DNA of 62,393 nucleotides, the filler included, from Stramenopiles sp. TOSAG23-3 (Eukaryota): assembly GCA_900128585.1 (NCBI GenBank). It is 4 parts of 4 records of this genome, joined end to end, with 100 filler letters (N's around TTAATTAATTAA, not from the genome) between each part and the next. Parts side by side here need not be neighbours in the genome. Positions count along the whole stretch, not along the records: positions 1 to 29,034 come from LT642241.1; 3 more parts are not named here. The stretch is one strand, 5' to 3'. This document shows, in pieces, positions 1 to 10,800 of this stretch; within the stretch, counting starts at the first letter, position 1; each line of letters begins with the position of its first letter. A model generated the notes under the pieces. It was not told where the DNA came from. It made no database searches and worked only from the letters and a program-made list of their open reading frames with translations. A program made the translations under genes and the position numbers.

Positions 1-2608
1 CGTTAATGCAAGCTTGCTTTAGAATTCGTGATGCAACAATTTCAGAGACCGATTGGTTTTTGTGTTCTTCTGCAAAGCTTTCTGTGTTCGTTTCTCCAAC
101 GGGATAGTCTCCGTTTTCGTATTTTTTTAAGTCGCTTGCCCTGATCCACCCGAACCTAGCGTCGAACATAAAGGTGTCAAAAACAGCGTCCCCACTTAAA
201 TAATCTGTCTTTATCTTCTGTTTTTTCAGTTTTTTTACGGGTTTAATTTTCTTCTTTTGAACCGTATCCTTTTTGAACGTCGAATCGTCTTTCGTTGCCA
301 TGTCGCCGTCGGCTGTAGTTTCGGACATTGATGCTCGTGTATCGTCCACTGCCACTTCATCATCGTTTGGTTTCTCGGTGTTAGAAAACAAAGCCTCTGC
401 ACGGGATAAAATCTCATCTTCCAATTCTATCTGTTTCTTTAAATCCTTTGTTGCTTTCTCAATTAATTGCGAAACTCCATCCTTCGATTCCCCAGATTCT
501 TTTCCTTCTTTACCAGGGCTCTCGCTGGTTTGTTCTTGAAGTGGTCTGGGCATCACTGTGGTTAAAAACGTATTGTCTGAAGCTGGTTCCTCCTCTCCCT
601 GAACGCCCAATGATGGTTTGAGTTCATCGACAAGCTTTTCTTTAGCAACTCCGGGGGAACGTTCATAGCTTGTCTCCATCATCTCTATTCCTTCTTCGAT
701 CAAGTTTTCTATTTCATCTGGTTCTAATGTTGAGTAAACAAATAGCTGTATTGCAGACATAATTTTCTTCTCATTACTGTGCACAATTATTTTTCGTTCG
801 AGAATCTTTGTGCTTTGATCCACTTTGTTTTTCCCCGGCTTTTCGGTCAGAAGCACTCGGACATCTTCGACATTAAACTTCGATGATTTCGTTTGCTTGA
901 TTCTTTCTTCGTGGATCAATTCTGGCAGCATGTTTCTAAATCTGACACGCTTCCTTCGAAGCAGCCGTTTTAGTAACATTTCCTTTACCTTTTTGCTGAT
1001 TTTCATACTTTTGGGCCCTCGCGTTTCTGCCCCAATCTCTCCCGGGCCAGGTTTCCTTGAGCTCATATTCAGTGCTTCAACCATTAGTTTTTGTATCTCT
1101 TCGGGGGGGATTTTCAGACGTTTTGTTCTCTTTGCCTTAACGATCTTTACTCGTTTTGGTTTGTCGGTGGTAGAGGGTACAGTTTTAGGCTCCTCATCTT
1201 TCAAGGAATCGAAAGATGCCTCTTTTTTATCAGCAGGTGTTTTCTCTGCAGCCCGTCTTGGAATTGTATTTGAACGGTTTTTCTTCATTGCAGCTAAATC
1301 TTCTTCGATTGCTTGTTTCTGGGCGGCGCGTAAGATTTTTGTTCTTTTTATTCTGGTTTCGTACACTCTATTTATAACCTCTTTTTCTTTGCTGTCCCAC
1401 ATCTTTTTCAGTAGAAGTAATCTGTGTTTTGAGATTCTCATAAACACCCGCCAATGGCGCTGTACGCTCACTGCTTTGTACCTATAACGCTTTACCAATT
1501 TGGCAAAGTTGGACTGACTATTTGCCTGGTCCTCTAAAAATCTCTTGACGAGCAGAGCTGCGTTCTCGGTATGTGCTTTTCTTCTTGACTGAACGTACTT
1601 CTTGAAAAATTTGTTGATGACTCTGCACGCATTAAACTCCTCCATAAGCTTTGCATTTGCGACACCTCGGCAACGCTCCATAATTTTCTTGTACCACACC
1701 TGAATTTTTCGCGCGCTCATATTCTTAAACACGACTGCTTTTCTCATAATTCTGCCTTCCTCTAACCTTTCCATCAACTTTGACGTCCATGCACAGAGGA
1801 ATATATTGATTATGAAATTAGCTTGGGTTTTCTGAAATTCGATATCCGCTTCTCGTTGCTTCCGTAGTCGCTCATTTGCCGCCGCGCTCCTCAATCGCCT
1901 TTCCGTCGTCTGACGCTCTATGACAAACCGCCTTGTATTCGCTCTCTCTAATTTGCTTGACTGGTTGCGGGCGTTCTGTCTAAGTTTTCTTTGTCTCATT
2001 GCAGGAGAATGTGCACCGGACTGGGCCTGCGTTTTGTTGTGTTTAATGCTGTCCTTTCCTTTCGAAAATCTTAGCATCTCTGCCGCCCTTTGCTTTATGA
2101 TCGCCCCCAAGCTGTCTCGTAACTCTTGTGCCTTCTGTTGATCTTCCCGGTATTCCTGAAGTTTCATAGCAACCCGGAACGCGGGAGGTACATGTTTTCT
2201 GTCTTTCGATGGTGGAGGGATAGGCTTTCGAGATTCGGACTGCTTGGAAAATAGCAAAGCAGCGGCTGCAACAGCACTCGATTTGACAGGCATTGGTTTA
2301 GGAGTTGACAATTTTTTGAAAACTCGGTGGCGCTTTTTTTTTACAAGATGGAAGTGATTTACCACGTTTCGCGAGCCCTTCTTCCTTCCACGAACAATTT
2401 GGTATTTGCGCGGCTTCTCGTAATTCTCAATCTTTTGGTCTTTATCAACTTTGTGAACTACCAATATGTTTTCTTGTCTGTAGAATGCTTCTTCCCGAAA
2501 TTTTTTAATGGCAGGTCCCGAGACCCAAGATTTTTCCTCGCTCTTAAACTTAGGTAGACGGTCCTTATTAAATTTTGGGCGGTTTGCCCACACGCCGTCA
2601 TTCTGCAT
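1..2608 (-). CDS. Uncharacterised basic protein with IQ-like motifs (3'-truncated by window edge)
   Basis: Absent from the ORF track, consistent with no stop inside the window. Segments translated by hand from ATG 2608 read MQNDGVWANRPKFNKDRLPKF..., include IQ-like SARKIQVWYKK and AVSVQRHWR, and are still open at base 2 (IVASRILKQACIN). The + strand ORFs here are antisense shadows. Confidence 0.8.
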   Translation of the reverse strand, partial: MQNDGVWANRPKFNKDRLPKFKSEEKSWVSGPAIKKFREEAFYRQENILVVHKVDKDQKIENYEKPRKYQIVRGRKKGSRNVVNHFHLVKKKRHRVFKKLSTPKPMPVKSSAVAAAALLFSKQSESRKPIPPPSKDRKHVPPAFRVAMKLQEYREDQQKAQELRDSLGAIIKQRAAEMLRFSKGKDSIKHNKTQAQSGAHSPAMRQRKLRQNARNQSSKLERANTRRFVIERQTTERRLRSAAANERLRKQREADIEFQKTQANFIINIFLCAWTSKLMERLEEGRIMRKAVVFKNMSARKIQVWYKKIMERCRGVANAKLMEEFNACRVINKFFKKYVQSRRKAHTENAALLVKRFLEDQANSQSNFAKLVKRYRYKAVSVQRHWRVFMRISKHRLLLLKKMWDSKEKEVINRVYETRIKRTKILRAAQKQAIEEDLAAMKKNRSNTIPRRAAEKTPADKKEASFDSLKDEEPKTVPSTTDKPKRVKIVKAKRTKRLKIPPEEIQKLMVEALNMSSRKPGPGEIGAETRGPKSMKISKKVKEMLLKRLLRRKRVRFRNMLPELIHEERIKQTKSSKFNVEDVRVLLTEKPGKNKVDQSTKILERKIIVHSNEKKIMSAIQLFVYSTLEPDEIENLIEEGIEMMETSYERSPGVAKEKLVDELKPSLGVQGEEEPASDNTFLTTVMPRPLQEQTSESPGKEGKESGESKDGVSQLIEKATKDLKKQIELEDEILSRAEALFSNTEKPNDDEVAVDDTRASMSETTADGDMATKDDSTFKKDTVQKKKIKPVKKLKKQKIKTDYLSGDAVFDTFMFDARFGWIRASDLKKYENGDYPVGETNTESFAEEHKNQSVSEIVASRILKQACIN

Positions 2609-3436
2609 TCTTCCTCAAAATAATTGCCTCTGATCAAAAATGTCCCACACCCCAGGTCAAAGCTAAACTTGCGCCTTGTTTTAAAATATACAAATGCATT
2701 ATTCCACAAAATATCCGATGCAAGAGAGAAAGGGTTGCTCGCCAAATGGTCTACAGAAACAAATTAGTAATGTGACGTTCTTCTTGCGCAAAAAAAAAGA
2801 AGAGGAGGAAAAAAAGAAGAAGAAATATAATCGTCGTCGACCAGCAGCAGATGATGGTGATGGTGTGTCCCTGATAATCAGGAATTGTCTTCGAAGAATT
2901 ATTATTATTTATGCGAACGTTATTATATTCGTCGTCGTCTAGAAAATCTTCCCGATTTTAAATTGTATTGTTTTGAATACTGTTTGCCTGTTTGGCAGAT
3001 GTTTTTATAGTTGAAACTGCTATGGTTACCATTTATTATACTATTATTATTAGACTATTTATTTAGTAGACGAACGATGATGGCAAAGAAGCAAAGAAGA
3101 CGACAAAAGTAATATCACAGTCTTTTTAATGCGTTTTTATGAAGAAAACAACAACAGTCAGTGTATATAGGTAAAGAGGTACCTTACGTACAAATAATAC
3201 AACAAGCAGGGTTTTCTCATTTTAATACCAATCGAATACAGAGGAACTGTACGAGTAGATTTCCGAACCATTGTTTGAATAGTTCGTACTTGTTGAATGA
3301 ATGCATTACTCGCGTATGTAGTATTAGACTATTAAGTAAAAAATGAGGGAAAAAATTAAAAGTATCATAGTCTATATAGTACTATATTTAATTTGTTGTA
3401 AGTATTCAGTATTAAAAAAAACAATTGGTAAATAAC

Positions 3437-3460
3437 AACAGCCAATTTTCTTGTTTTTTA
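3437..3460. repeat. Copy of dispersed AACAGCCAATTTTCTTGTTTTT motif
   Basis: aacagccaattttcttgtttttta followed by tagtacagt, resembling the flank of the 41058 copy; ~140 bp past the stop of the 3597 gene. Confidence 0.85.
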
Positions 3461-3596
3461 TAGTACAGTCTTAATATTCAGTATATAATATTCCCTAATT
3501 ATTTTTTAGAAGAACGAAAGGAGCGAAGTGAACGAAATCAACAAGCTTTTCACTTCTAAACACTGTCAATTTTCAACACTTTCTCAAACCGTCTTT

Positions 3597-4406
3597 CTAC
3601 TTCTCGCCCTCAAAAATACTCTCAACCACGTTGCAAGCTATAGGGGTGACCAAAAAATCCGTTGCCAACAAAGCGATCGTTGTACCAGTTCCTGGTTTAA
3701 CGGCCGTGCCGATGGCAGCCCCGGCTCCCATGACGACTAGGCGCACGCCGATCCTCTTGATTAATTCTTTCGGCAAATCCCGTCCCAAATATCGAACAAT
3801 GCTGAACTTTTCATCTGATTTTCCGTAGTAAAAGTATACCAGCTGACTCACAGTAAACTGAGCGGAACAGGCAAGAAATTGGGCCTTTACAGTAGTTTGA
3901 AACATGAACGTAGCCGCAGTAAAACTACCGAAACGTTCGGCTTTACGAATCGCGGAGTTGCTGACGCTCTTTATCAGCTTGTCACATGTCTGGGAAGTCA
4001 TGTACTTCAATGCCAGCTCCTCGTACCATCGTTGTATTTGTGTGTTTGAAAAGTCTATCAAACACGCGTATGTAACGTTGTTGTGGAACCCTTCCCACGG
4101 GTTGAAGTCTACTATGTCCGACTCACCTGAACTCTTTTCGAAACCTAAACAGTTGGTCAACGTCCACTCGACAATATACGGGTTGCAAAGCTTTCGAAAC
4201 AACTCTGTTTCTTTCTCTTCATCATCGACCTCTATGGCCGTTTCCAATGTTTTTTTAATAGCTAATAATGTGTAAAGTGCGCCATTGAAAATAAGCCGTG
4301 ATTTTCCGTACGCGGTAGAAACATGTTGGTAGGTATCTACTTTATCCTTTAGATACACTTTCGAATTCTGTTTTCCCAAGGTCGACAAGGCTAAAATAGC
4401 AGCCAT
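3597..4406 (-). CDS. Hypothetical protein with C-terminal Gly/Ala-rich hydrophobic segment
   Basis: First ATG of the track ORF is at 4406 (MAAILALSTLG), giving 269 aa; C-terminal LVVMGAGAAIGTAVKPGTG could be membrane-associated. No family recognised with confidence. Confidence 0.7.
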   Translation of the reverse strand: MAAILALSTLGKQNSKVYLKDKVDTYQHVSTAYGKSRLIFNGALYTLLAIKKTLETAIEVDDEEKETELFRKLCNPYIVEWTLTNCLGFEKSSGESDIVDFNPWEGFHNNVTYACLIDFSNTQIQRWYEELALKYMTSQTCDKLIKSVSNSAIRKAERFGSFTAATFMFQTTVKAQFLACSAQFTVSQLVYFYYGKSDEKFSIVRYLGRDLPKELIKRIGVRLVVMGAGAAIGTAVKPGTGTTIALLATDFLVTPIACNVVESIFEGEK

Positions 4407-5362
4407 CTTTGCAGAACCGCTTGCAAGTTCAAAGGATTTGATGTGAACGTTAATCGTTGTAAAATTTCGAAACTTGATTAACAATTTCTACCCTCCGACC
4501 CTGCAGTTTGCTCTGTTTTCCTTCGCTATAGGACAAGATATAAACGCATTCCAAATCCTTTTTTTATTATACTTGGTAATATTTTTCTTCTTCTTCTATA
4601 TCTTCTCTCTTTTTTTGTGGTCGCTCCTCCCATCATCGATCGATCATCTTCTCCCTCTCTGCACAACTGCACAACACACGCAGCCGAGCTTCTTTAGCAG
4701 CCAACCAGGAAGAACAACAGAAGCCTCCCCAATAAATCAGATTATCAAAAGAACCATAAAATAACAGCGCACAGCATTTGAATCAGGCTTCTTCAGAAAA
4801 CGTCCGATTTTATGATGTACTTATATAATCTATTATGTACTATTTATATATGTTATAAATGCAACTGTATGTATATATAAATAATATTAGAATGTACAAT
4901 ATTATAGTATTTATTTTATTGTAAATACCATATTTAAAAAATAAGTATAATTAGAAAAGAGGAGACTCTACCTCAATTTGATCAACGATAGAAATTAGGA
5001 GGAGGGGGGGAAAAGGAAAGGGCAAATAGTAGGGGAACTTTAACATAGAATTAAGATAGAAGCTATTCTTATTATTTACTGAAATACGATACATAGATAT
5101 AGCATTGACCACAAGTCCAGGAAAATAGTAGGAATAATAATTAAAGTAATAACTGAGAACCAATGTGTACATTGGAATATCATGGGGAATCAAATTGTTT
5201 TTGAAGCTTGTGTTTTACACTTTCGTTTTGCAAATGACGTTCAAGTTTTGAATGCCGCGTAGAATATTTGTTTGGAAAAGAAGTTTGCCAAGTCGAAGAA
5301 TATTGTCTTATGCATTTCTGCAGGTTTCATACTCGTTAAATTTATTCAACGAAAACATTATC

Positions 5363-6190
5363 ATGAAAAGTGCAGTCTCGGCAGTAGCAATTTTGGCGTT
5401 AACCTGCCAGTCGACCATGGGCGCAAACCCTGGTCTCAGAAGCCGTCGAAGTCAGGTCAACAATCACTTCTTCTCCTTCGCTGAAATCGCAGAGATGAAG
5501 AAAGGGTCGTTGGAGCCCTCTTTGGCAGTATCGGGAACCAATTTTGATATGCCTCTGGTAATTCCACCAAAGAGAACAGGGTGCGATGACTGTGGCCCAA
5601 TGCCATACGATGATATGCTCCCGATCGAGCGCAAGGTTGTCCTTGCTCAAAATGCTTTGGACCGTTTAAATAAGGCACGGAAGATTGAAGAAAATGCGCT
5701 ACAAATCAGGTTGGACCGCGAGCGTGTCGAAACGGACGCCGCCATCAAACGCAAGATCACTCTCCAGGAAAAGTACGAGAAAGAGCATGAAAAAATTCAA
5801 GAACTAAACAATAAAATTGAAAGTGCAGCGTACACTGCCAAACGCCGGGAACAGTTGCTGACTGATCCCAATAAATTTACGGACAAATGCGCCCCAGGCT
5901 TTCGTGTATATTGGACTGGAACGTCACAAACGGTCATGTCTTGGGACGATAAGAAAGTCCTTGCAAAAGTTTTAAAGGACCAATACTGCAATAAACAAAA
6001 CATGGTGTGCTCGTGTGACTTGAGCAAGAAGCAAGCGCACTCCACCTTAGGAACAGTTAATGCTGGTCTAGGTTGCAAGTGTGCAGAAGGAATAGCTGAT
6101 CAAGTTGCCCCTGCTGTTGTAGATGCAAGTGGCAGTGAGGATGCCAGCGGTAGTGAAGGAAGTTCTGGGGCCTCTGGTGCATCTGAATAA
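5363..6190 (+). CDS. Secreted coiled-coil/Cys-containing protein with ASG-rich tail
   Basis: Start placed at MKSAVSAVAILALTCQSTMG, a signal-peptide-like sequence (the track starts upstream at 5252); CDDC motif, central coiled coil, Cys cluster, tail ASGSEDASGSEGSSGASGASE. Confidence 0.75.
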   Translation: MKSAVSAVAILALTCQSTMGANPGLRSRRSQVNNHFFSFAEIAEMKKGSLEPSLAVSGTNFDMPLVIPPKRTGCDDCGPMPYDDMLPIERKVVLAQNALDRLNKARKIEENALQIRLDRERVETDAAIKRKITLQEKYEKEHEKIQELNNKIESAAYTAKRREQLLTDPNKFTDKCAPGFRVYWTGTSQTVMSWDDKKVLAKVLKDQYCNKQNMVCSCDLSKKQAHSTLGTVNAGLGCKCAEGIADQVAPAVVDASGSEDASGSEGSSGASGASE

Positions 6191-6901
6191 AGTGTGGGAT
6201 GTTCGTCTCTGTATTTTTATGCCACTTTAAACGGTTATTTTATAGTAAATATTTGGTTTTAAAAAAAAATAACCCCCTCTTCTTCTTCTCTTTGTCGACT
6301 TCTAAAATTTGGATTGGGACGAACTCTCAATGCGGATATTGCATTCGACCTGTACCGGACCTGGTAAAAAAATAAAACCGGGGTACAGGTAGGTAGGTAG
6401 GAATACACAGCTCCTACTTTATTTCTGTTGTATATTACAAATATATGTAGTATAAATGTGATCTATTATCTATCATATAATCTCGATAATTAAGGTGATC
6501 CTTTTCCCTGGTATAAGTCGTCTATTATAAATAAATCATTGTCACAAACTCAAATAATATTATTCCCGTTATCCTTAATTAATGAAACCAGAGGTTTTAA
6601 TCTCAGTACGACGACGATCCATCCTCCCACCTCCCACTTCCCTCCTCCATAAAATATATTTTATTAGAATTATTTTAGCTATTATTATTATTAAATATAT
6701 TATCACATTTTTTATATTTATTTTTTTTATATTATATAATTAAAAAAAGTTTACTATTAATAAATGTTCAATCATGAAAAACAAACCGAATGTTCGGATA
6801 CGTATAAAACCATAAAAAGGAAGCTTTCCATTTTCCAATGTTGTTCTGGTTGCAACATTTTCACTACCGTGCGTATATTAAACTTCTCGGAAGCGATCGA
6901 T

Positions 6902-7606
6902 ATGAAGAAACGCCCAGCTTCCCCAAGCACGTGGGTTGAAAACGCTGCGAAAAAGAAGAAAATACAGCAGAACGAAAGCTGTTCGATACAGTCGCTTGAA
7001 GACCGGATCAAGGCGTTAGAAAACGAGTTGGAGGATAGCAGTAGTACCGACGAAAGTAGCTCTGATCTTGATAGTGAAGATGAACGTATACCGGCGCTGC
7101 CGAAACAATTTTTGCCAGAATACTATAAAAAACCAAAGAAAGGCGACGACCAACGCAAGGGCCCTAGAGACTCCCGAAACCATTCGAAACGAGACGAAGC
7201 CTTCTGGCAAAGTAGGCTGAATGAAGCTTTAAAGGCGTACGTTCCGTCTCAGAATAGGGCACTTTTTTGCCGGTTGTGCCAAATGGATTTTGCAGATGAG
7301 GGTGAACTGTATGAACACAGAAGTACCGAAAAGCACAAACGTGCGGTTATAAACGAAAAAGAGCTTACGTATTGCAGAGCGTGCGAGAAGAAATTTACAA
7401 GTGTACAGCAATTAAAAAATCATCAAGAGGGGAAAGCGCACATGGCAAAAATTAACCAGCGAAGAGGTAGGAAAGTGGGCGGTACTAGCAGACCATTTGT
7501 TCGAAATGGCCGTGGGCGAGGAAGAGGTGGAAGGGGTAGGGGTAGGGGTAGGGGTAGGGGGGGCTGGAGAGGTAGAAGCAGAGGTAGAGGTCGGGCCGCA
7601 TATTAG
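6902..7606 (+). CDS. Two matrin/U1-type C2H2 zinc fingers plus RGG/RG tail; likely nuclear RNA-binding protein
   Basis: FCRLCQMDF...HRSTEKH and YCRACEKKF...HQEGKAH (CxxC-12-H-5-H); NLS-like KKRP/KKKK; C-terminal GRGRGRGG. Start placed at MKKRPAS; the track ATG at 6764 lies in AT-rich spacer. Confidence 0.85.
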   Translation: MKKRPASPSTWVENAAKKKKIQQNESCSIQSLEDRIKALENELEDSSSTDESSSDLDSEDERIPALPKQFLPEYYKKPKKGDDQRKGPRDSRNHSKRDEAFWQSRLNEALKAYVPSQNRALFCRLCQMDFADEGELYEHRSTEKHKRAVINEKELTYCRACEKKFTSVQQLKNHQEGKAHMAKINQRRGRKVGGTSRPFVRNGRGRGRGGRGRGRGRGRGGWRGRSRGRGRAAY

Positions 7607-7861
7607 ATTACACACACTCTATTGGAATATAACAATTTTAGATTTCGAAGAATCAATGACTGAAAACATGTTACTATATAAAATACTTTTGTACTTAGTA
7701 CGTGCACACACACATGTATATTTTTTTTAGATTACACACAATACACAACAACACAAGTGTAAAAATGTTCTGTCCTTCTCGTAGTTTTTCCTCCGCACAC
7801 ATTAAAAATTTTGTACTAGCATATATCGTCTCTCCTCAAAATCTTGCGATTTAAGACAGGT

Positions 7862-10800
7862 TTACCGTGGGGCGACGCACGGAGAAAAACTTTCATTGTC
7901 AACGACGTACCACGCTCTCATTATAAGGTCAAAAGTTACATCGAAGTGTAAGCATGTGCCTAAACCTTTCACTACTGTGCCTTGTTTCTTGAGGTCATTT
8001 AGCAGTGAAACGCATGAAGCGTGAGTGGGTTGGGCAGCAAACAATTTTTTTACGCTGTCGATGCTTTTCTTTTGTGGGATATAACATGGATCATCATCCA
8101 GTAATTCTTCAATCGAATCCGGGGGGAATACGTTCTGCAAAATGTATAAATACACATGAATCGCCTCTTCTTTGTAGGGAATTTCTTGCTCTCCAAACAC
8201 ATTATTCGGCAGCCAGTCCACCAGCTTTCCAAACCACTTGATGCGAATGTGCCTATCAATATTGTTTAATACCCCCTCCTTGAACTCCAACAGCTTTTTC
8301 GTCGCCATAGCTTTCATGCCGTACATTTGAAGAAAGAAATCCTCCAAAAATTCTGGAAGAGTGTCCCTAGCATTTCCTTTTTTGTCATCTATGGCATCTG
8401 CCCTCACTTTCTTCTCGAATATGTTAGCAATGTTGTCCAGAACTTTCGCGATTGGCAACGCAACAACCTTTTTTTTTTTTCCCTTCTTCCCTTTTCCCTT
8501 CTTTCCATTCCCTTTCTTCTTGCCCGCGTTGCTCTGTTTTAACAGTGCCGCCCTCTCCGCTCTTTCAATAGCCCTCATGCGCTCCTCCTCCATCTTTCTT
8601 CTTTCGTTTTCCGCGGCTTCCAAAGCCTGTTCCTTTTCTCTTAGTTTTGCGGCTCGCTTGGCTTTATCCCGTGCTTTTTTTCTGGCTAAAAGCAGGGCAA
8701 CGTGAGACGGAGGCTGTGACATGTTACCTTCAGTAGTATCCCACAACTGCTTGTTATCAACAAGGTAGTACTGAATAAACCGATCCACTTTTCTATCAAA
8801 ATCAATTGAATACAAACTTTCTTTCGTTGTATTAATTCTTCTCCCTTTTACCACAACTCTCTCCTTGGTTGACCTCAAATCTAACAGTTGCATCTCCGAT
8901 AATCGCGAAAGAAACTCCAAGAATGCAACGAAGGAAAGAGATTTGTAGTCGCTGTCGGTGCACTGGTGATCGTCTACGACTAACAGAAGGGAAGAAACAA
9001 AGGCCTGTTTGATCTCTTCCGTGCGGTGCTTGACGCTCTTGGCGTCATACAGGCCTAGTTTTCTCCCCAGCTCCACAGCACTTTCGTATGGTACAACACG
9101 GTGACTGATACATCGTTTTACTTTGCTCTTTTTAGAGAAAAGTGAAAATACCCGATGAAGAACCAGCATATGCTTTTTCAGTACGAACTCGGATTCCTTC
9201 CGATAAAGTTTTGTCAGCCGGAATTCGTCTCCATTTATATTTGGCGTGAATTCACTCAGAATAACGTTTAGCAACGCGTATTGCACAGCTGCGGAGGGAG
9301 ACGGTTCCGCCCCGTGTACGTAATACTTTTTCACGGACACGCGAATGAGTAAAGCAATGAAATGGCGCCTAGAAAGACAGTGCTGGTCAGTGTCAACTTC
9401 GCCGTGCTGCTTTGCATACTCCCAAAATTCCCTGATGTTATCTTCTGTAACTTCGCTGTCGGTGACCAGATCAAATTTTCTACACCAAACCATAAACGTC
9501 GAGAGCGGTAAAGTAAATGGGTCGTTGTCACTTGAAACCAATGCAACGTACGTAAATATATCCACCAGCTCGATATAGTACGACTGTATCAATTCCAGAA
9601 TTTTGCCCCTATCGATATTGCTGGGGACTGTGTCATGCAATCGAAATGTTCGAAAATCACTGATGCAACAATCGTCGTACACATCAGTTCCATCAAGTGC
9701 TGTGCATGACATAGACTCAGCAAATCTAGATGCAAACACGCTGCTTGACAAGTGAAAATGTTGCCCCATTTCAACTTCTTTATTATTTTCGACTCTAGGC
9801 TTCTGGTGAATGTTCAAAAGTGGAATTACCCTCTTTTTTACTTCGATCACGTTCGTATGGGTGAAACTTAAGTGCTCAAACTCGACTTTGCGGAGTTGGA
9901 ATGCTGTCTTGCACAAAGGACACTTCGGCTCTTCGCGTTGCAATGCGGTGTCTAATTTTATCGCCAATGTTTTGTAAATTTTGTGGCCGCAATCGGGCAA
10001 CGTGCCTATTTCATCCGTTAGATTGTCCATATGATGCCATGTCCCATATTCCGTAGAAACACTTGGTATGCTGTTGGGAATAAGTTTGCTATCGTCGTTG
10101 AAGGTGAAACAAAAGTAGACTTTCCCGGGAGGTAAAACCCGGTACACTTCAAATTCAAAATTATCTTCGTACTTTTTTCCCCTATCTTCGCCATGCCATA
10201 CTTTATTCATCTTTGTCGGTGCCCAGTCGTCTATTTCAAGCCGCAAGTAGACGTCTTCGATATCATCCCACGTGCCATCTTGTTGGCTGTCTTCCGGCGG
10301 TATGTACGCCGAGGGTGAAAATACTATGCGCGTTTCTCGCCAACCACCGCTTATCCAACCCGATTTAAATCGCTCGTCCAACGTTTCAGTTGGCCATCCC
10401 CTATCGGCCCACTGGTTCGTTTCTGCTGACAAAGGGCAATGAGATGCCAAAACATCTTCTAGAGCATTCTCGTCCACTATCAAATTTCCTTTAGCGTCCA
10501 TTGATCCCTGCGAACCCCCCACTCTCAGTTCCAAGAGCGTCGTATTAGAAGAAAGCTTTTCGCTAAAATAGTGCATAGCTTCCGTGTCAAAATTATTGTG
10601 TCCTATATCCAACATGATCAACGACGCGTTTTTTTGTAGCACTTGTCCGAGTACTTCTATGGCCACTTCAGACACTTCACAAGACGCTTTCACGTCAGGG
10701 TTGACTTTTCCATACGGCCACGGAGGTATTCTTGGTTTTGCCGCCCCTTTCGATTTCTTCTTTCCACCAGCTTTCGGCTTCTTCTTCTTCTTTTTCTTCT

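Noticed and set aside
825-1487. 220-aa + strand ORF, and similar long antisense ORFs such as 29659-30693, 45183-46007, 56588-57370 and 59154-60116
   Set aside because: F/S/L-rich antisense shadows of K/E-rich or codon-biased genes on the opposite strand.
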